Below, piece after piece: positions 16,221-26,248 of a DNA stretch of 64,000 nucleotides (position 1 is the stretch's first letter; every line of letters starts with the position of its first letter). The notes below the pieces were generated by a model. The model saw nothing but the letters and a program-made list of their open reading frames with translations. It made no database searches and was not told where the DNA came from. Origin of the DNA: Candidatus Aenigmatarchaeota archaeon (GTDB lineage: Archaea; Aenigmatarchaeota; Aenigmatarchaeia; CG10238-14; SpSt-28); the NCBI GenBank assembly GCA_039000985.1, contig JAWBMD010000003.1, positions 5,979 to 69,978 on the forward strand. The letters are read 5' to 3'. A program made the position numbers and the translations under genes.

Positions 16221-17467
16221 AATTTATCGATATATTAAAACTTTCAATAAACAATCTTTCACAAAGAGAGTTGAGAAGTTGGTTAACAATACTTGGAATA
16301 ATTATTGGTACGGCTTCGATAGTTGGAATACTTTCTGTTGGAGAAGGGATGAAAGAATCTATTTCAAGTCAACTAGCATCTTTTGGAGGAGATATGTTAT
16401 TAATAACGCCTGGCCATACAAGAGCTACAAGAGAGTTCGATGAAATAAGGGCTGTTATGCAAGCTAGATTTGCTATACCAACAAGCATTTTAGATGAAAA
16501 GGATGTTAGAACAATAAAAAGTGTAGAGGGAGTTAAATTTGTAACACCAACAATATCTGGAAGAGCAGAAATAAAATATAAAAATGAAAAAATAACACTA
16601 CCAATTCAAGGAATAGAGACTTTATACTTTAGTGAATTTACAAAAGTTGATTTAGAGAATGGAAGATTTTTTCATAATTCAGAAAAAGATGTTGTCGTTA
16701 TAGGAAGTAATGTACCAAGTATGTTTAAAAATTCACTTAAATTAAACTTAAAAATAGAAATTAATGGAAGAATATTTAAAGTTATTGGGATTTTGGAAAA
16801 AGCAGGGGAAGTCGGTGCATTTGTTGGGATAGATAGAACAATATACATGCCAATTTCTTCTGCAAGGGATGTTTTAAATATTAGTTCTACTAGATATTCA
16901 GCAATTTTTGCAAAAGTAGAAAATTTAGAAATACTTGATGAAACAAGCAATAATATTGAAACAGCTTTAATGAAATCAAGAAAAGTTACAGAAAATACAA
17001 AAGATTTTACAATAACATCTATAAAAACAATTCAAGAAAGAGTTTTAAATATTGTTGGAAGTATGAATTTTTTTCTTGGAGGAATTGCTGCAATATCATT
17101 ATTAGTTGGAGCAGTTGGTATAGCTAATACAATGTTTACTTCTGTTCTCGAAAGAACAAGACTAATAGGAACTTTAAAAGCATTAGGTACGAAAAATAGT
17201 GAAATAATGAAAATATTTTTAGTAGAATCTGCATTGCTTGGCTTTATAGGCGGTTTAATTGGTATATTTTGTGGATTTATAGTATCTGGTTTAATTTCTG
17301 AAATGGGAATTAGAATGGGTGGATTTGTAACTAGTGTAGTATCGATTAATGCAAACTTATTTATATTTGCAATTGTATTTTCAACATCTATAGGAATTAT
17401 TTCAGGAATCCTCCCAGCAAAAAGGGCTGCTAACCTTCAACCAATAGAGGCATTAAGGTATGAATAA
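16217..17467 (+). CDS. ABC transporter permease (FtsX/MacB-type)
   Basis: 416 aa. N-terminal TM, large extracytoplasmic domain, C-terminal FtsX-like 3-TM bundle. Confidence 0.88.
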   Translation: MKFIDILKLSINNLSQRELRSWLTILGIIIGTASIVGILSVGEGMKESISSQLASFGGDMLLITPGHTRATREFDEIRAVMQARFAIPTSILDEKDVRTIKSVEGVKFVTPTISGRAEIKYKNEKITLPIQGIETLYFSEFTKVDLENGRFFHNSEKDVVVIGSNVPSMFKNSLKLNLKIEINGRIFKVIGILEKAGEVGAFVGIDRTIYMPISSARDVLNISSTRYSAIFAKVENLEILDETSNNIETALMKSRKVTENTKDFTITSIKTIQERVLNIVGSMNFFLGGIAAISLLVGAVGIANTMFTSVLERTRLIGTLKALGTKNSEIMKIFLVESALLGFIGGLIGIFCGFIVSGLISEMGIRMGGFVTSVVSINANLFIFAIVFSTSIGIISGILPAKRAANLQPIEALRYE

Positions 17468-18424
17468 TACATCATCAATTCTCCATTTTGGAACTATTTT
17501 ATCTTTTATTTTTGGAACCGAGTTATTTTTATAATGCTGTAAGCCGCAATAAGCTATCATTACACCGTTATCTGAAGCATATTCTTCTTCAACAACTTTA
17601 AAGCTTGCTCCCCTTTCACTGCACATTATATTAAACATTTCTTGTAATCTTTTATTAGATGCTACCCCACCAACTAGTAAAACTTCATTTTTATTCATAT
17701 GTGCTAAAGCTCTTTCAGTTACTTCAACTATCATTGCGAAGCATGTTTCTTGCAAAGAAAAAGCTATATCTTCAAACTTATAACCTTCCTTAATTAATTT
17801 TATGGCATGCGTTGCAATTCCAGAAAAAGAAAAATCAATTCCCTTTACCAAATAAGGCAAACTTATGTATTTTCCACTTTTTGCTAATTTTTCTATTTCC
17901 CTACCACCAGGCATTGGTAGTTTCATTTCCCTAGCAACAACATCCAAGCAATTACCAATTGGTATGTCTAATGTTTCTCCAAGAATTCTATATCTCCCTT
18001 CTATAAAAGCAATTATTTGACTATTTCCACCAGATAAATAAACAAAAATGGGATCATCGCTTTTTGTTGTTAGCTTACCAATTTCTAAATGAGCTATACC
18101 GTGATTTACAGGAACCAATAACTTTTTATATTTTTTTGCTAGTTGAATTGCAAAATTTGCAGTAATAATTAATGGTAAAGGTAATCCAGGACCAGCTGAA
18201 TAAGAAATTATATCAATATCTTTTAAACTCAAGTTAGATTTTTCTAAAGCTCTTTTAAGAATATCTTTTTTTACTTTTTCATGATGTTTACCTGCTTCTC
18301 GTGGAATAATACCACTTCCTATTTTTGGTACATATACATCTTTTTCATTTGCCAATATTTTCTCATCTTCAACAATACCAATCCCAAATGTATGTGCAGT
18401 ACCTTCTATACCCAAAGAAATCAT
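17453..18424 (-). CDS. kae1: tRNA N6-adenosine threonylcarbamoyltransferase Kae1 (standalone, no Bud32 fusion)
   Basis: 323 aa. GIEGTAHTFGIGIV N-terminus, metal-site NHGIAHLE, ASKHA-fold pattern. Confidence 0.9.
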   Translation of the reverse strand: MISLGIEGTAHTFGIGIVEDEKILANEKDVYVPKIGSGIIPREAGKHHEKVKKDILKRALEKSNLSLKDIDIISYSAGPGLPLPLIITANFAIQLAKKYKKLLVPVNHGIAHLEIGKLTTKSDDPIFVYLSGGNSQIIAFIEGRYRILGETLDIPIGNCLDVVAREMKLPMPGGREIEKLAKSGKYISLPYLVKGIDFSFSGIATHAIKLIKEGYKFEDIAFSLQETCFAMIVEVTERALAHMNKNEVLLVGGVASNKRLQEMFNIMCSERGASFKVVEEEYASDNGVMIAYCGLQHYKNNSVPKIKDKIVPKWRIDDVLFIP

Positions 18425-18801
18425 TCCATGTATAATGTATAATTTTCAAAACGTATAAGATAGCTGAAATTCAATCTATTGAAAGATGAGGTATAATTTA
18501 TGTTAGATTCTATATTTCTCACAACTAAGTTATTATTTTGTTGGTTAACTTTTATCTCAAAATTTTGCTTAGTTAAATTTTTAAAACTTATAATACTCTC
18601 AAAATAACAATCTTTGCAATTAGTTATAAGGTTAATCGCATATGATTCAATAATTTTTGAAATATAGGAAGAATATTTTGTTGAAATATCTTTTTTTAGC
18701 TTAAAAAAACTAAGATCGAACATATTAGCAATTAAAACAAATAAAATAAATCCTAGAGTGGAATAAATTACAAATTGTATTATTAAAACTTGAGATTTCA
18801 T
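18421..18801 (-). CDS. Small protein with N-terminal hydrophobic anchor (pilin-like N-terminus), function unknown
   Basis: 126 aa, MKSQVLIIQFVIYSTLGFILFVLI... Overlaps neighbours by 1-4 nt. Confidence 0.5.
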   Translation of the reverse strand: MKSQVLIIQFVIYSTLGFILFVLIANMFDLSFFKLKKDISTKYSSYISKIIESYAINLITNCKDCYFESIISFKNLTKQNFEIKVNQQNNNLVVRNIESNINYTSSFNRLNFSYLIRFENYTLYME

Positions 18802-19397
18802 TAAGTGAAATAAAGTGTTATTATGTTATTTTTATCTATTTTAGAAAATACTATTCGAATATTTTTCAAATCTGTAGATTGAATTGGTGATTCGATTTTA
18901 TATTGAAAAGTTTCTGAATCAGATGTTAAGTTTCTAAAACTTATTCTATAAGATATTTTAAATACCATACCTTCTCTATCAGCTCTAGCACAAATACAAA
19001 ATGGTTTATCCAAACCAAAAATACCTGGATTTCTTTCACATTTACCAGTATTATTATTGCAGGAATCGTAAATAGATAGCCAACCATAACCTATTGCTAT
19101 ATTACTACTTTTACTAATTGATTCAAAAGTCAAATAATTTTCACTTTTATTAACTTTCCATACACCATCTACTGGAGAAGAAAATAATTGCTCGGAAGCT
19201 CCTTTTATAGCATTCTCTATTTTTGATGATAATGAGTTGAAATTATAAATATCAAACATATCTTTCATTCTTTCTACTTTTATAGAACCTTGTCTTTTTT
19301 CTATTAGTGGCATACCCCAAAAATAAGCAGTAGAAACTAAAGTTATTGTTAGCATCGCTATAGTAACTAATGCTACTATTTCAGATTGTGTTTTCAT
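18801..19397 (-). CDS. Protein with class-III-signal-like N-terminus (MKTQSEIVALV...), putative pilin-like/surface protein
   Basis: 198 aa. Short charged N-terminus, then a hydrophobic helix and a Cys-containing beta-rich domain. Confidence 0.5.
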   Translation of the reverse strand: MKTQSEIVALVTIAMLTITLVSTAYFWGMPLIEKRQGSIKVERMKDMFDIYNFNSLSSKIENAIKGASEQLFSSPVDGVWKVNKSENYLTFESISKSSNIAIGYGWLSIYDSCNNNTGKCERNPGIFGLDKPFCICARADREGMVFKISYRISFRNLTSDSETFQYKIESPIQSTDLKNIRIVFSKIDKNNIITLYFT

Positions 19398-19858
19398 TTT
19401 GTTAATTCTGGTTTTTTCAATGGTGGTAATGTTGGTCTTCTAGTTCTTTTTTCAATTTCTTCTAATGTAGCAACTATTCTTTCATTCAATTCCAAAATTC
19501 TTTTGTTATTTTCTATCAATTGAGTTATTAATTCACTTTCAATACCTTTCGTTTCCTCTTTTTTTGGAGCTTCCTTTTCTTCTTCACTACTACCTAGTTT
19601 TATATATGTTAGCAATTCGTTCAAATTTGAAATCAAAGTATCTAACTTTCCAGGGATTTTAGAAAGCTCTATTGTTAATGCATCATTGGCTCTAACTATT
19701 TGATGTACAACCTCTTGATTCATTTTTACTATACCCACAATATCCTTCAAAAACTCCTTTATATCTAGCAATTGCTTAGCAGATTCTATTTCTTCAATTT
19801 TTTTCTCTAACTTTCTAAGTGGAGAAACAGGAATAAGCTCGAATTCTTCTTCTGGCAT
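19394..19858 (-). CDS. Coiled-coil protein, function unknown
   Basis: 154 aa, heptad-like Glu/Lys/Leu-rich sequence. ATGA overlap with the downstream pilin-like gene. Confidence 0.55.
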   Translation of the reverse strand: MPEEEFELIPVSPLRKLEKKIEEIESAKQLLDIKEFLKDIVGIVKMNQEVVHQIVRANDALTIELSKIPGKLDTLISNLNELLTYIKLGSSEEEKEAPKKEETKGIESELITQLIENNKRILELNERIVATLEEIEKRTRRPTLPPLKKPELTK

Positions 19859-19898
19859 ATATAAAATTTGCTTTTATTAATTAAATTTAATTAGTTAA

Positions 19899-20579
19899 GT
19901 GATAGTAAAACCCTCTAGATTAAAAAAGATAGGAAGATATATTTTTGCTATTCTACTAATAATTTTTGGTATTGCTCATTATTTCAATGTTTTTAGCTAT
20001 TTTCAACGTATACCCCTTTCAAATTATCTTAACTTATTTTTTGTAGCTTTTGGTATATTAATAATTTTACATACAGAGCTAAGTAGGTTATTAATTAAAT
20101 ACATAATAAGTGAAAGCGAAATAAGTGAAATGAAAGGAATTATAAGAAGAAAAAAGATAAAAGTTTTACCAAATAAGGTATCATCTATCAAAATAAAACA
20201 AAACATATTTGAAAGGGGTATTGGTATAGGGGATATTGAGGTTTATGTTGAGGAAGACGTACCAGATATAGTAATGAGTGGTATAAGAAATGTTAAAGAA
20301 GTTTATTCTTATATAGAGAGTTTAGTTGGTAAAGGAGTTGTAGAATATAAAAGTAAAAAAGTTTTGCCAAGCACAGAAATTCTAAAAATATTAGAAAATA
20401 AATTTAAAGAAAGCAAAATAATTGCATACAAATTTTTTGAAAAAGAAAAAGTATGGAAAGCTTTAATTTATTATAAACAAAGTTATTTTTTAATCGAATT
20501 AAGCGAAGAAGGAGAAATAATTTCTGAAGTAAGATTAAATAGCGAAGAAGCAAATAAAGTTAAAGAAAAATTTTTATAA
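19899..20579 (+). CDS. Membrane protein with bacterial-type PH domain (DUF304/YdbT-like)
   Basis: Two N-terminal TM helices followed by GIIRRKKIKVLPNKVSSIKIKQNIFERGIGIGDIEV, typical of bPH_2 domains. GTG start. Confidence 0.6.
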   Translation: MIVKPSRLKKIGRYIFAILLIIFGIAHYFNVFSYFQRIPLSNYLNLFFVAFGILIILHTELSRLLIKYIISESEISEMKGIIRRKKIKVLPNKVSSIKIKQNIFERGIGIGDIEVYVEEDVPDIVMSGIRNVKEVYSYIESLVGKGVVEYKSKKVLPSTEILKILENKFKESKIIAYKFFEKEKVWKALIYYKQSYFLIELSEEGEIISEVRLNSEEANKVKEKFL

Positions 20580-21545
20580 AAGTTCATCTAACGAATTTAA
20601 AACTTTTATACCATTTTCTTCTAAAATTTTTTTGGCAATAATCTCGTTTGTACCAACTATTCTTATAAAAAAGGGAATATCAATTTTTTCTTCAACTATT
20701 GCTTTAGCTATTTCATCACATCTAGTAATCCCACCAAAAATATTAAAAATTACTTTTTTTGGTTTTCTAATTTTTATTATTTTTAAAGCTGCTTTCATTT
20801 TTTCCACGGATGCACCACCTCCAATATCCATGAAAAAAGCTGGATTATCAATCAAATCCATAGTTGCCATTGTTAAACCAGCTCCAACACCAAGTATCCC
20901 AACTTCTCCATTTAAATCTACAAAATGAATATCATTTTCAAAAGCAATTTTTTCTATTTCACTTTTTATTTCTTTAATTCTATACTTTAAAATATCTTCA
21001 TGTTTATATAAAGAGTTATCATCTATTATAATTTTTGCATCCAAAGCAATAAATCCATTTTTAGTTAAAGCTAATGGATTTATTTCAACAAGTTCAGCAT
21101 CATAATCAACAGCTATTTTCAAAAGCTTTTCTGCAATAATTTTTATTTCGAGATTTTCTATTTTATTCAAATCTATTTCATTTGCTTCACTAATATCTAT
21201 TCCTCCCTTATCAGAAAATAATAGTTTTAGCTTTCTTTCATACGTATCTAAAAAAGCAGATAAATAAAGCTCTTTTATTACATCAATTTTTTCCTCTATT
21301 AAAACTTCTTCAACATTTTTATCGAAAATTTCTTTTAGATTTTTAATTAAATCTTCCTTGCTCGAAAAAATTATTAAATTATTTTTTCTTCTATTACCTA
21401 TTAATACCTGAGCTTTTAAAACAACTTCTTCAAAATCCATTCTTAGCGAGTAAAAGCTATCGGTTCTTCTAACCAAATAAGATTTTGGAACTTTTATTCC
21501 ATACTTTTTAAATATTTCTTTTCCAATATATTCTTTAATCCTCAT
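20574..21545 (-). CDS. Succinyl-CoA synthetase beta-subunit-like ATP-grasp protein (short form)
   Basis: N-terminus MRIKEYIGKEIFKKYGIKVP, GVGAGLTMATMDLI and GGITRCDEIAKAI match SucC patterns. 323 aa. No alpha-subunit gene nearby. Confidence 0.7.
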   Translation of the reverse strand: MRIKEYIGKEIFKKYGIKVPKSYLVRRTDSFYSLRMDFEEVVLKAQVLIGNRRKNNLIIFSSKEDLIKNLKEIFDKNVEEVLIEEKIDVIKELYLSAFLDTYERKLKLLFSDKGGIDISEANEIDLNKIENLEIKIIAEKLLKIAVDYDAELVEINPLALTKNGFIALDAKIIIDDNSLYKHEDILKYRIKEIKSEIEKIAFENDIHFVDLNGEVGILGVGAGLTMATMDLIDNPAFFMDIGGGASVEKMKAALKIIKIRKPKKVIFNIFGGITRCDEIAKAIVEEKIDIPFFIRIVGTNEIIAKKILEENGIKVLNSLDELL

Positions 21546-22302
21546 TTGTTAAGCTAAAAAATTTAATTGCATTTTCTGTAGTTTTTAAATCAACTTCTTC
21601 AAATGAAACTTTTTTAATTTCAGCTATTTTCTGGCAAACAATTTTAACGTTTAAAGGTGAATTTCTAGCTTTAGGATTTTCTGGATTGTTCCAAGGAGAA
21701 TCTGTTTCTGTCATCAAATATTCTAAATCAAAAAGCTTAACAATTTCTTTATGTTTATTGCTTTTAACAATTATTGGTCCAATTGTTATTTTAAAATTAT
21801 TTTCATTAATACGTTTAAATAAATGCAATGCTCCAAATAAATGTAGTAAAACATTTTTGGCATCTTCTTGTTCCAAAATTTTTATTGCATCTTCATATGC
21901 ATCCCTACAATGAATAACCAAAGGTTTTTTGATTTCATTAGCAAATTCAATCATTCTTTCAAAAAGCTCTTTTTGTTTATTTCTCCAGTAATCTTCTTTA
22001 ATCCAAAAATAATCTAAACCAACTTCGCCAATAGCTTTTACATAATCAATATTTTCCTTAACTAGAGAAAAAAACATTTCTATATCTTTTTCCGAAATTT
22101 CTTTTATATATTCTGGATGTAACCCAAAACATGCAAAAACAAAATTATTATATTTTTTAACAATATTCAAAGTTTTTTGAAAATCATTTAAATGACAACA
22201 ACTTGTAACTATTGCTTTTAACCCTTTTTTACAATTTCCTATAACCAAATCTCTATCATCATCAAAATCTTTTTGCTCAATATGACAATGAGCATCTATC
22301 AT
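21535..22302 (-). CDS. tatD: TatD-family metal-dependent hydrolase/DNase
   Basis: 255 aa. DAHCHIE N-terminal His cluster and TatD-like conserved His/Glu/Asp spacing. Confidence 0.85.
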   Translation of the reverse strand: MIDAHCHIEQKDFDDDRDLVIGNCKKGLKAIVTSCCHLNDFQKTLNIVKKYNNFVFACFGLHPEYIKEISEKDIEMFFSLVKENIDYVKAIGEVGLDYFWIKEDYWRNKQKELFERMIEFANEIKKPLVIHCRDAYEDAIKILEQEDAKNVLLHLFGALHLFKRINENNFKITIGPIIVKSNKHKEIVKLFDLEYLMTETDSPWNNPENPKARNSPLNVKIVCQKIAEIKKVSFEEVDLKTTENAIKFFSLTNED

Positions 22303-22332
22303 ATTTAAATTCGAGATAAAGTTTATATATTT

Positions 22333-23109
22333 ATGAAAAAAAGAAGTTTAGAAATATTGGCAATTATACTTTCAATAGCTTTAATTATAAACATAATGCT
22401 AATAATATGGTTTGAAGTAAGCTCATTAACAGAAGAAAAAGAAGAGCTAGCGAAAGCAAAAGAAACCTTATATCCAATTTATATTGGCAATGTTACAAAT
22501 TATCCAATTGTAGAAATATATGCTCCAGCTGTAGATAATAATGGAAATGGTGTAATTACAAAATTTAGAGTTCAAGCAATTCCTGGAACTGGAAGAGTTT
22601 TGGTAAATATAAATAATTTGGTTTATTGGGTAGATACTCAAAGCTCTATTCAAACAGCAAGAAAGGTTGCAGAAAAATTTACCAAGATTAATTTATCGAA
22701 CATTGATGTAATATATGACATAGATGCTAGTAATACAAGTATTGTTGGAGGGCCATCTGGAGGAGCAGCACTAACTTTAGCAACAATAGCTGCTATAAAA
22801 AATGTTTCTTTGAGAAAAGATATAACTATAACAGGAACTATAAATGAAGATGGAATCATAGGTCAGGTAGGTGGTATAAAAGAAAAAACGGAAGCAGCAA
22901 AAAAATTTGGGTTAAAAGCGATTTTAGTTCCTTTTGGTGAATCCGAAAGTGTTAATTATATACCGGTTAAAAAATGTGAAGAAATAGGTTTTGTTAAATT
23001 TTGTATAATAGAATATAAAGCAGAAAGGCAAAAAATTAAAGAAAAAGATATTGATGTAATTGAAGTTAGCAATATAGAGGAAGCTTGGAAATATTTTTCA
23101 ACTTATTGA
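22333..23109 (+). CDS. Membrane-anchored Lon-like (S16) protease domain protein
   Basis: N-terminal TM. GGPSGGAALTLA (catalytic Ser context) and GGIKEKTEAAKK (Lys) resemble the Lon proteolytic domain. Confidence 0.7.
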   Translation: MKKRSLEILAIILSIALIINIMLIIWFEVSSLTEEKEELAKAKETLYPIYIGNVTNYPIVEIYAPAVDNNGNGVITKFRVQAIPGTGRVLVNINNLVYWVDTQSSIQTARKVAEKFTKINLSNIDVIYDIDASNTSIVGGPSGGAALTLATIAAIKNVSLRKDITITGTINEDGIIGQVGGIKEKTEAAKKFGLKAILVPFGESESVNYIPVKKCEEIGFVKFCIIEYKAERQKIKEKDIDVIEVSNIEEAWKYFSTY

Positions 23110-24648
23110 ATCAATTAATTTTTTTATAATCTTTTCCTTTCCAACTTCTTTTATATAATTAATAAGTCTTGGTCCCCCATCTTTGCTTAATAAAATTCTA
23201 TAAACAATTTTAAAAAATTCCTTTATATTTCCACTTCTTTTTGCTATTTCAAAAATTTTTTTTTCTAAGTTATTTTCAGTTTGAATGGCATTTATAAGCT
23301 CTTTAATAAATTGCTTATATTCTTCTGGCACAACAAACTTTTCTTTTTTCAAGTAAAAGTTGTTCATCCAATTTTTTATTAATGTAATTATTTTGTTTAA
23401 TCTTACTTCATCAAATTCATAATTTAATTCTTTCAATTTTTTAACCAAAAGTTCTTCTCCAAAGTTTTCTATTATTTCAACTATTTTGAAAAAATTAACA
23501 TTAAATGTTTTTCTATTTTCAACATTTACAACAGCAAGCATATAAGCATTTTTCAAATTATTATCCTTTCTTTTATTTCCTGCGCTTTCTAAACCAAAAT
23601 AAACTCTCTCTGCAAAATTAAATTCATCGAAAATTCTTGGCACTAAGGAAGAGAATCTTATATCTTTAGCTATTGTTAATCTACCTTGGGCCATCCAATA
23701 TCTTAAATGTTCTGGTAACATGAAATTTAAAACATCATCAAGAGTAATTACATTTCCTCTGCTTTTACTCATTTTAGCACCATTAACTAAAAAATGTTCA
23801 TAAATAACAGGAAACGGTACTTCCCAATTAAACAATTTAACTATTTCTTTTCCACTATCCCAGCTACCACCAGCTGCAGCATGCTCTTTACCAAAAGGTT
23901 CACAAGTAACTTTTAAAAATGACCATCTGGCTGGCCATTCTACTCTCCATGTTAATTTAGCATTTCCATTTAAAACGGAAATTTCTCCTTCATATCCGCA
24001 ACCTTCCACTTCATATTTTTTATGCAAAAATTTTTTAGCTTTTTCACAAACAAATCTTGCTTTTAAGCTTTTTTCATCGTAGCTTAAAATTTTTGTATTA
24101 GATATTTTTTTGCATTTTGGGCAAATTATATCTATTGGATACCAATCTTCTTCGAGCTTAGTTGTTCTATATTTGTTTAAAATTTCTATTATTTCCATTC
24201 TTTTTTCTAAAGCAATTTTGATTGTTTCATTGTACATACCATTTTTATACATCTCAATCCCAAAAAAAGCTTCTGGCTTAACAAAAAATTTTTCCAATTG
24301 CTTTAGAAATATATCTTCAAAATGTCTTGTAAAACTTTCATGACATCCATATATATCTGGAATATAACATACAGGAATCCCCAAATATTCTTTCAATTCT
24401 AAAGGAAAACCAGCTGGTATACTTCTTAGTGGATCCATATCATCAGCTATCCAAACAAGCTTTGCATCATAGCCAATATTTTTTAAAGCAATTTCTATGA
24501 AATTACCTCTTATAACATCGTTAGCATTTCCTATATGAGGTTCTCCAGATATAGATGTTCCAGTGGCTATTACATGAGTTTTTATATTTGGAAACTTTTT
24601 AACTATTTCCTTAGCTATTTTAAATGGCCAAAATGTATATTCCTCCAT
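23098..24648 (-). CDS. lysK: Lysyl-tRNA synthetase, class I
   Basis: HIGN (EPHIGNAND) and KMSKS (AKMSKSRG) motifs. Start set at MEEYTFWP (24648); the ORF is open to 24681. Confidence 0.9.
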   Translation of the reverse strand: MEEYTFWPFKIAKEIVKKFPNIKTHVIATGTSISGEPHIGNANDVIRGNFIEIALKNIGYDAKLVWIADDMDPLRSIPAGFPLELKEYLGIPVCYIPDIYGCHESFTRHFEDIFLKQLEKFFVKPEAFFGIEMYKNGMYNETIKIALEKRMEIIEILNKYRTTKLEEDWYPIDIICPKCKKISNTKILSYDEKSLKARFVCEKAKKFLHKKYEVEGCGYEGEISVLNGNAKLTWRVEWPARWSFLKVTCEPFGKEHAAAGGSWDSGKEIVKLFNWEVPFPVIYEHFLVNGAKMSKSRGNVITLDDVLNFMLPEHLRYWMAQGRLTIAKDIRFSSLVPRIFDEFNFAERVYFGLESAGNKRKDNNLKNAYMLAVVNVENRKTFNVNFFKIVEIIENFGEELLVKKLKELNYEFDEVRLNKIITLIKNWMNNFYLKKEKFVVPEEYKQFIKELINAIQTENNLEKKIFEIAKRSGNIKEFFKIVYRILLSKDGGPRLINYIKEVGKEKIIKKLIDSIS

Positions 24649-25271
24649 AAATAATATTTGCAACCCTTCTTTAACGAACATTTATAGCAAAGAGGATTTT
24701 TTGGTTTGCAAATTGTTTGGCCAAAAGCTACAAGAATTTTATTAAAATCTTTTTTCAAATTTTCAGGAACTATTTTCTCTAGCTCCTTTTCACTTTCTTT
24801 AATGCTTTTAGTGTTTATAATTCCAATTCTATTAGAAATTCTGTGAACATGAGTATCAACCGCTACAACATTTGAATCATATAATTCATTTAAAATAACT
24901 TTTCCAACTTTTCTACCAATACCATATAATTTAACTATTTCCTCTAATCTGTTTGGTAATTTTTTTAGTTTAATTATTTGTTTTGCTAACTTTTTTAAAA
25001 TCATAGCTTTTCTCTTGTAAAAGCCGATTGGATATAAAATAGATTCCAAATCTTTTCTTTTCATTTTAACTATATCTTTAAAGTCCTTAGCTTTTTTAAA
25101 CAAAGTTTTGCTAACTTTAATTAAAGTCTCATCTTTAGCTCTTGGGCTTAAAACAGCAAAAGTAATAATTCTAAAAGGATTTTTATCAACTATTTGCATT
25201 TTTCTAAAAACTGGAGCATTTTTTACTTCTTTTATATTATTAATAGATTTCAGTATTTCTTCTATTTGCAT
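24615..25271 (-). CDS. nth: Endonuclease III (HhH-GPD DNA glycosylase)
   Basis: LYGIGRKVG hairpin, VDTHVHRISNRIG, C-terminal 4-Cys cluster CKPKNPLCYKCSLKKGC. Confidence 0.88.
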   Translation of the reverse strand: MQIEEILKSINNIKEVKNAPVFRKMQIVDKNPFRIITFAVLSPRAKDETLIKVSKTLFKKAKDFKDIVKMKRKDLESILYPIGFYKRKAMILKKLAKQIIKLKKLPNRLEEIVKLYGIGRKVGKVILNELYDSNVVAVDTHVHRISNRIGIINTKSIKESEKELEKIVPENLKKDFNKILVAFGQTICKPKNPLCYKCSLKKGCKYYLWRNIHFGHLK

Positions 25272-26131
25272 TTAAATTTGCTTGGATGCGCAAAAACGAT
25301 TATATCTTTAACTTCTTTTAATTCATTTTTAATTTCTTTTTTAACTTTTTCACAAATCTCACTAGCTTTACTCAAAGAAATTTCTTTTTTAAATACCAAA
25401 TGCAAATCTAAACTAATATGATTACCTATTTTTTCAGCTCTTGCTTTATGAATGTTTTTAATTTCTTTAAATCTTAAACAAACTTCATTAACTTTCTGAA
25501 AAAATTCTTTTCCAGGAGATTTCCCTATTATTGTATCTATAGAATCATAAATAACTTCAAAGATATTTTTTAACAAGAGAATAATTACAAAAAATGACAT
25601 TAGTGGATCTATTATTGGTGGTAAGCCAAAATAATATATCGAAATAGAACTAGATATAACAGCAATTGTTAAAAGCATATCCACTTTTGTATGATAAGAG
25701 TCTGCTATTAAAGGTAGTGAAAATTCTTTTTTACCAATACTATATTCAATTTTATAAGTAAAATAATTTAATGGTAATACTAAAAGAAGAGCTAATAGAA
25801 GCAATGGTTTCAGATCTATTATTTCTGGTTTAAATAGTTTATCAAAAGACTCTCTTAAAACAAAAGCTATAAATATTAATAAAAGTATTGAGGAAGCTAC
25901 ACTCGCTAATGGTTCAATTCTTTTATGACCATACAAATGTTTTTTATCTGGTTTTTTTGAAGAAAATTTAAGTGAAAAATAAGCTGTTAAGCTGGAGAGT
26001 GAATCAAAAAGAGAGTGAAAACTTTCCGAAACTATAGCCAAACTTGATGAAAATATTCCTACAAAAATTTTTAAAAGAAATGCAATGCCATTTAAAAATA
26101 ATGTTAATAAAGCTACTTCATATGTTCTCAT
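25262..26131 (-). CDS. Cation diffusion facilitator family transporter
   Basis: 289 aa, 6 TM. HSLFDSLS and ADSYHTKVD metal-site motifs, C-terminal cytoplasmic domain. Confidence 0.88.
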   Translation of the reverse strand: MRTYEVALLTLFLNGIAFLLKIFVGIFSSSLAIVSESFHSLFDSLSSLTAYFSLKFSSKKPDKKHLYGHKRIEPLASVASSILLLIFIAFVLRESFDKLFKPEIIDLKPLLLLALLLVLPLNYFTYKIEYSIGKKEFSLPLIADSYHTKVDMLLTIAVISSSISIYYFGLPPIIDPLMSFFVIILLLKNIFEVIYDSIDTIIGKSPGKEFFQKVNEVCLRFKEIKNIHKARAEKIGNHISLDLHLVFKKEISLSKASEICEKVKKEIKNELKEVKDIIVFAHPSKFKCK

Positions 26132-26137
26132 AATTTA

Positions 26138-26212
26138 TAGCGAGGCCTGGATTTGAACCAGGGACCTCCGGGTTATGAGCCCGGCGACCACTCCAGGCTG
26201 GTCCACCTCGCT
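26138..26212 (-). tRNA. Initiator tRNA-Met(CAU)
   Basis: AGCGAGG/CCTCGCT acceptor with A1:U72. Anticodon arm CCGGG-CTCATAA-CCCGG (three G:C pairs next to the loop). T arm CCTGG-TTCAAAT-CCAGG. 75 nt. Confidence 0.88.
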
Positions 26213-26248
26213 TTATATAATAATAGATGAACTAAAAAATTTATTTAT

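Noticed and set aside
16189-16443. 84-aa ORF overlapping the ABC permease start in another frame
   Set aside because: It lies inside the well-supported 15057..16220 and 16217..17467 genes. It is Trp/Tyr/Asn-rich out-of-frame sequence.
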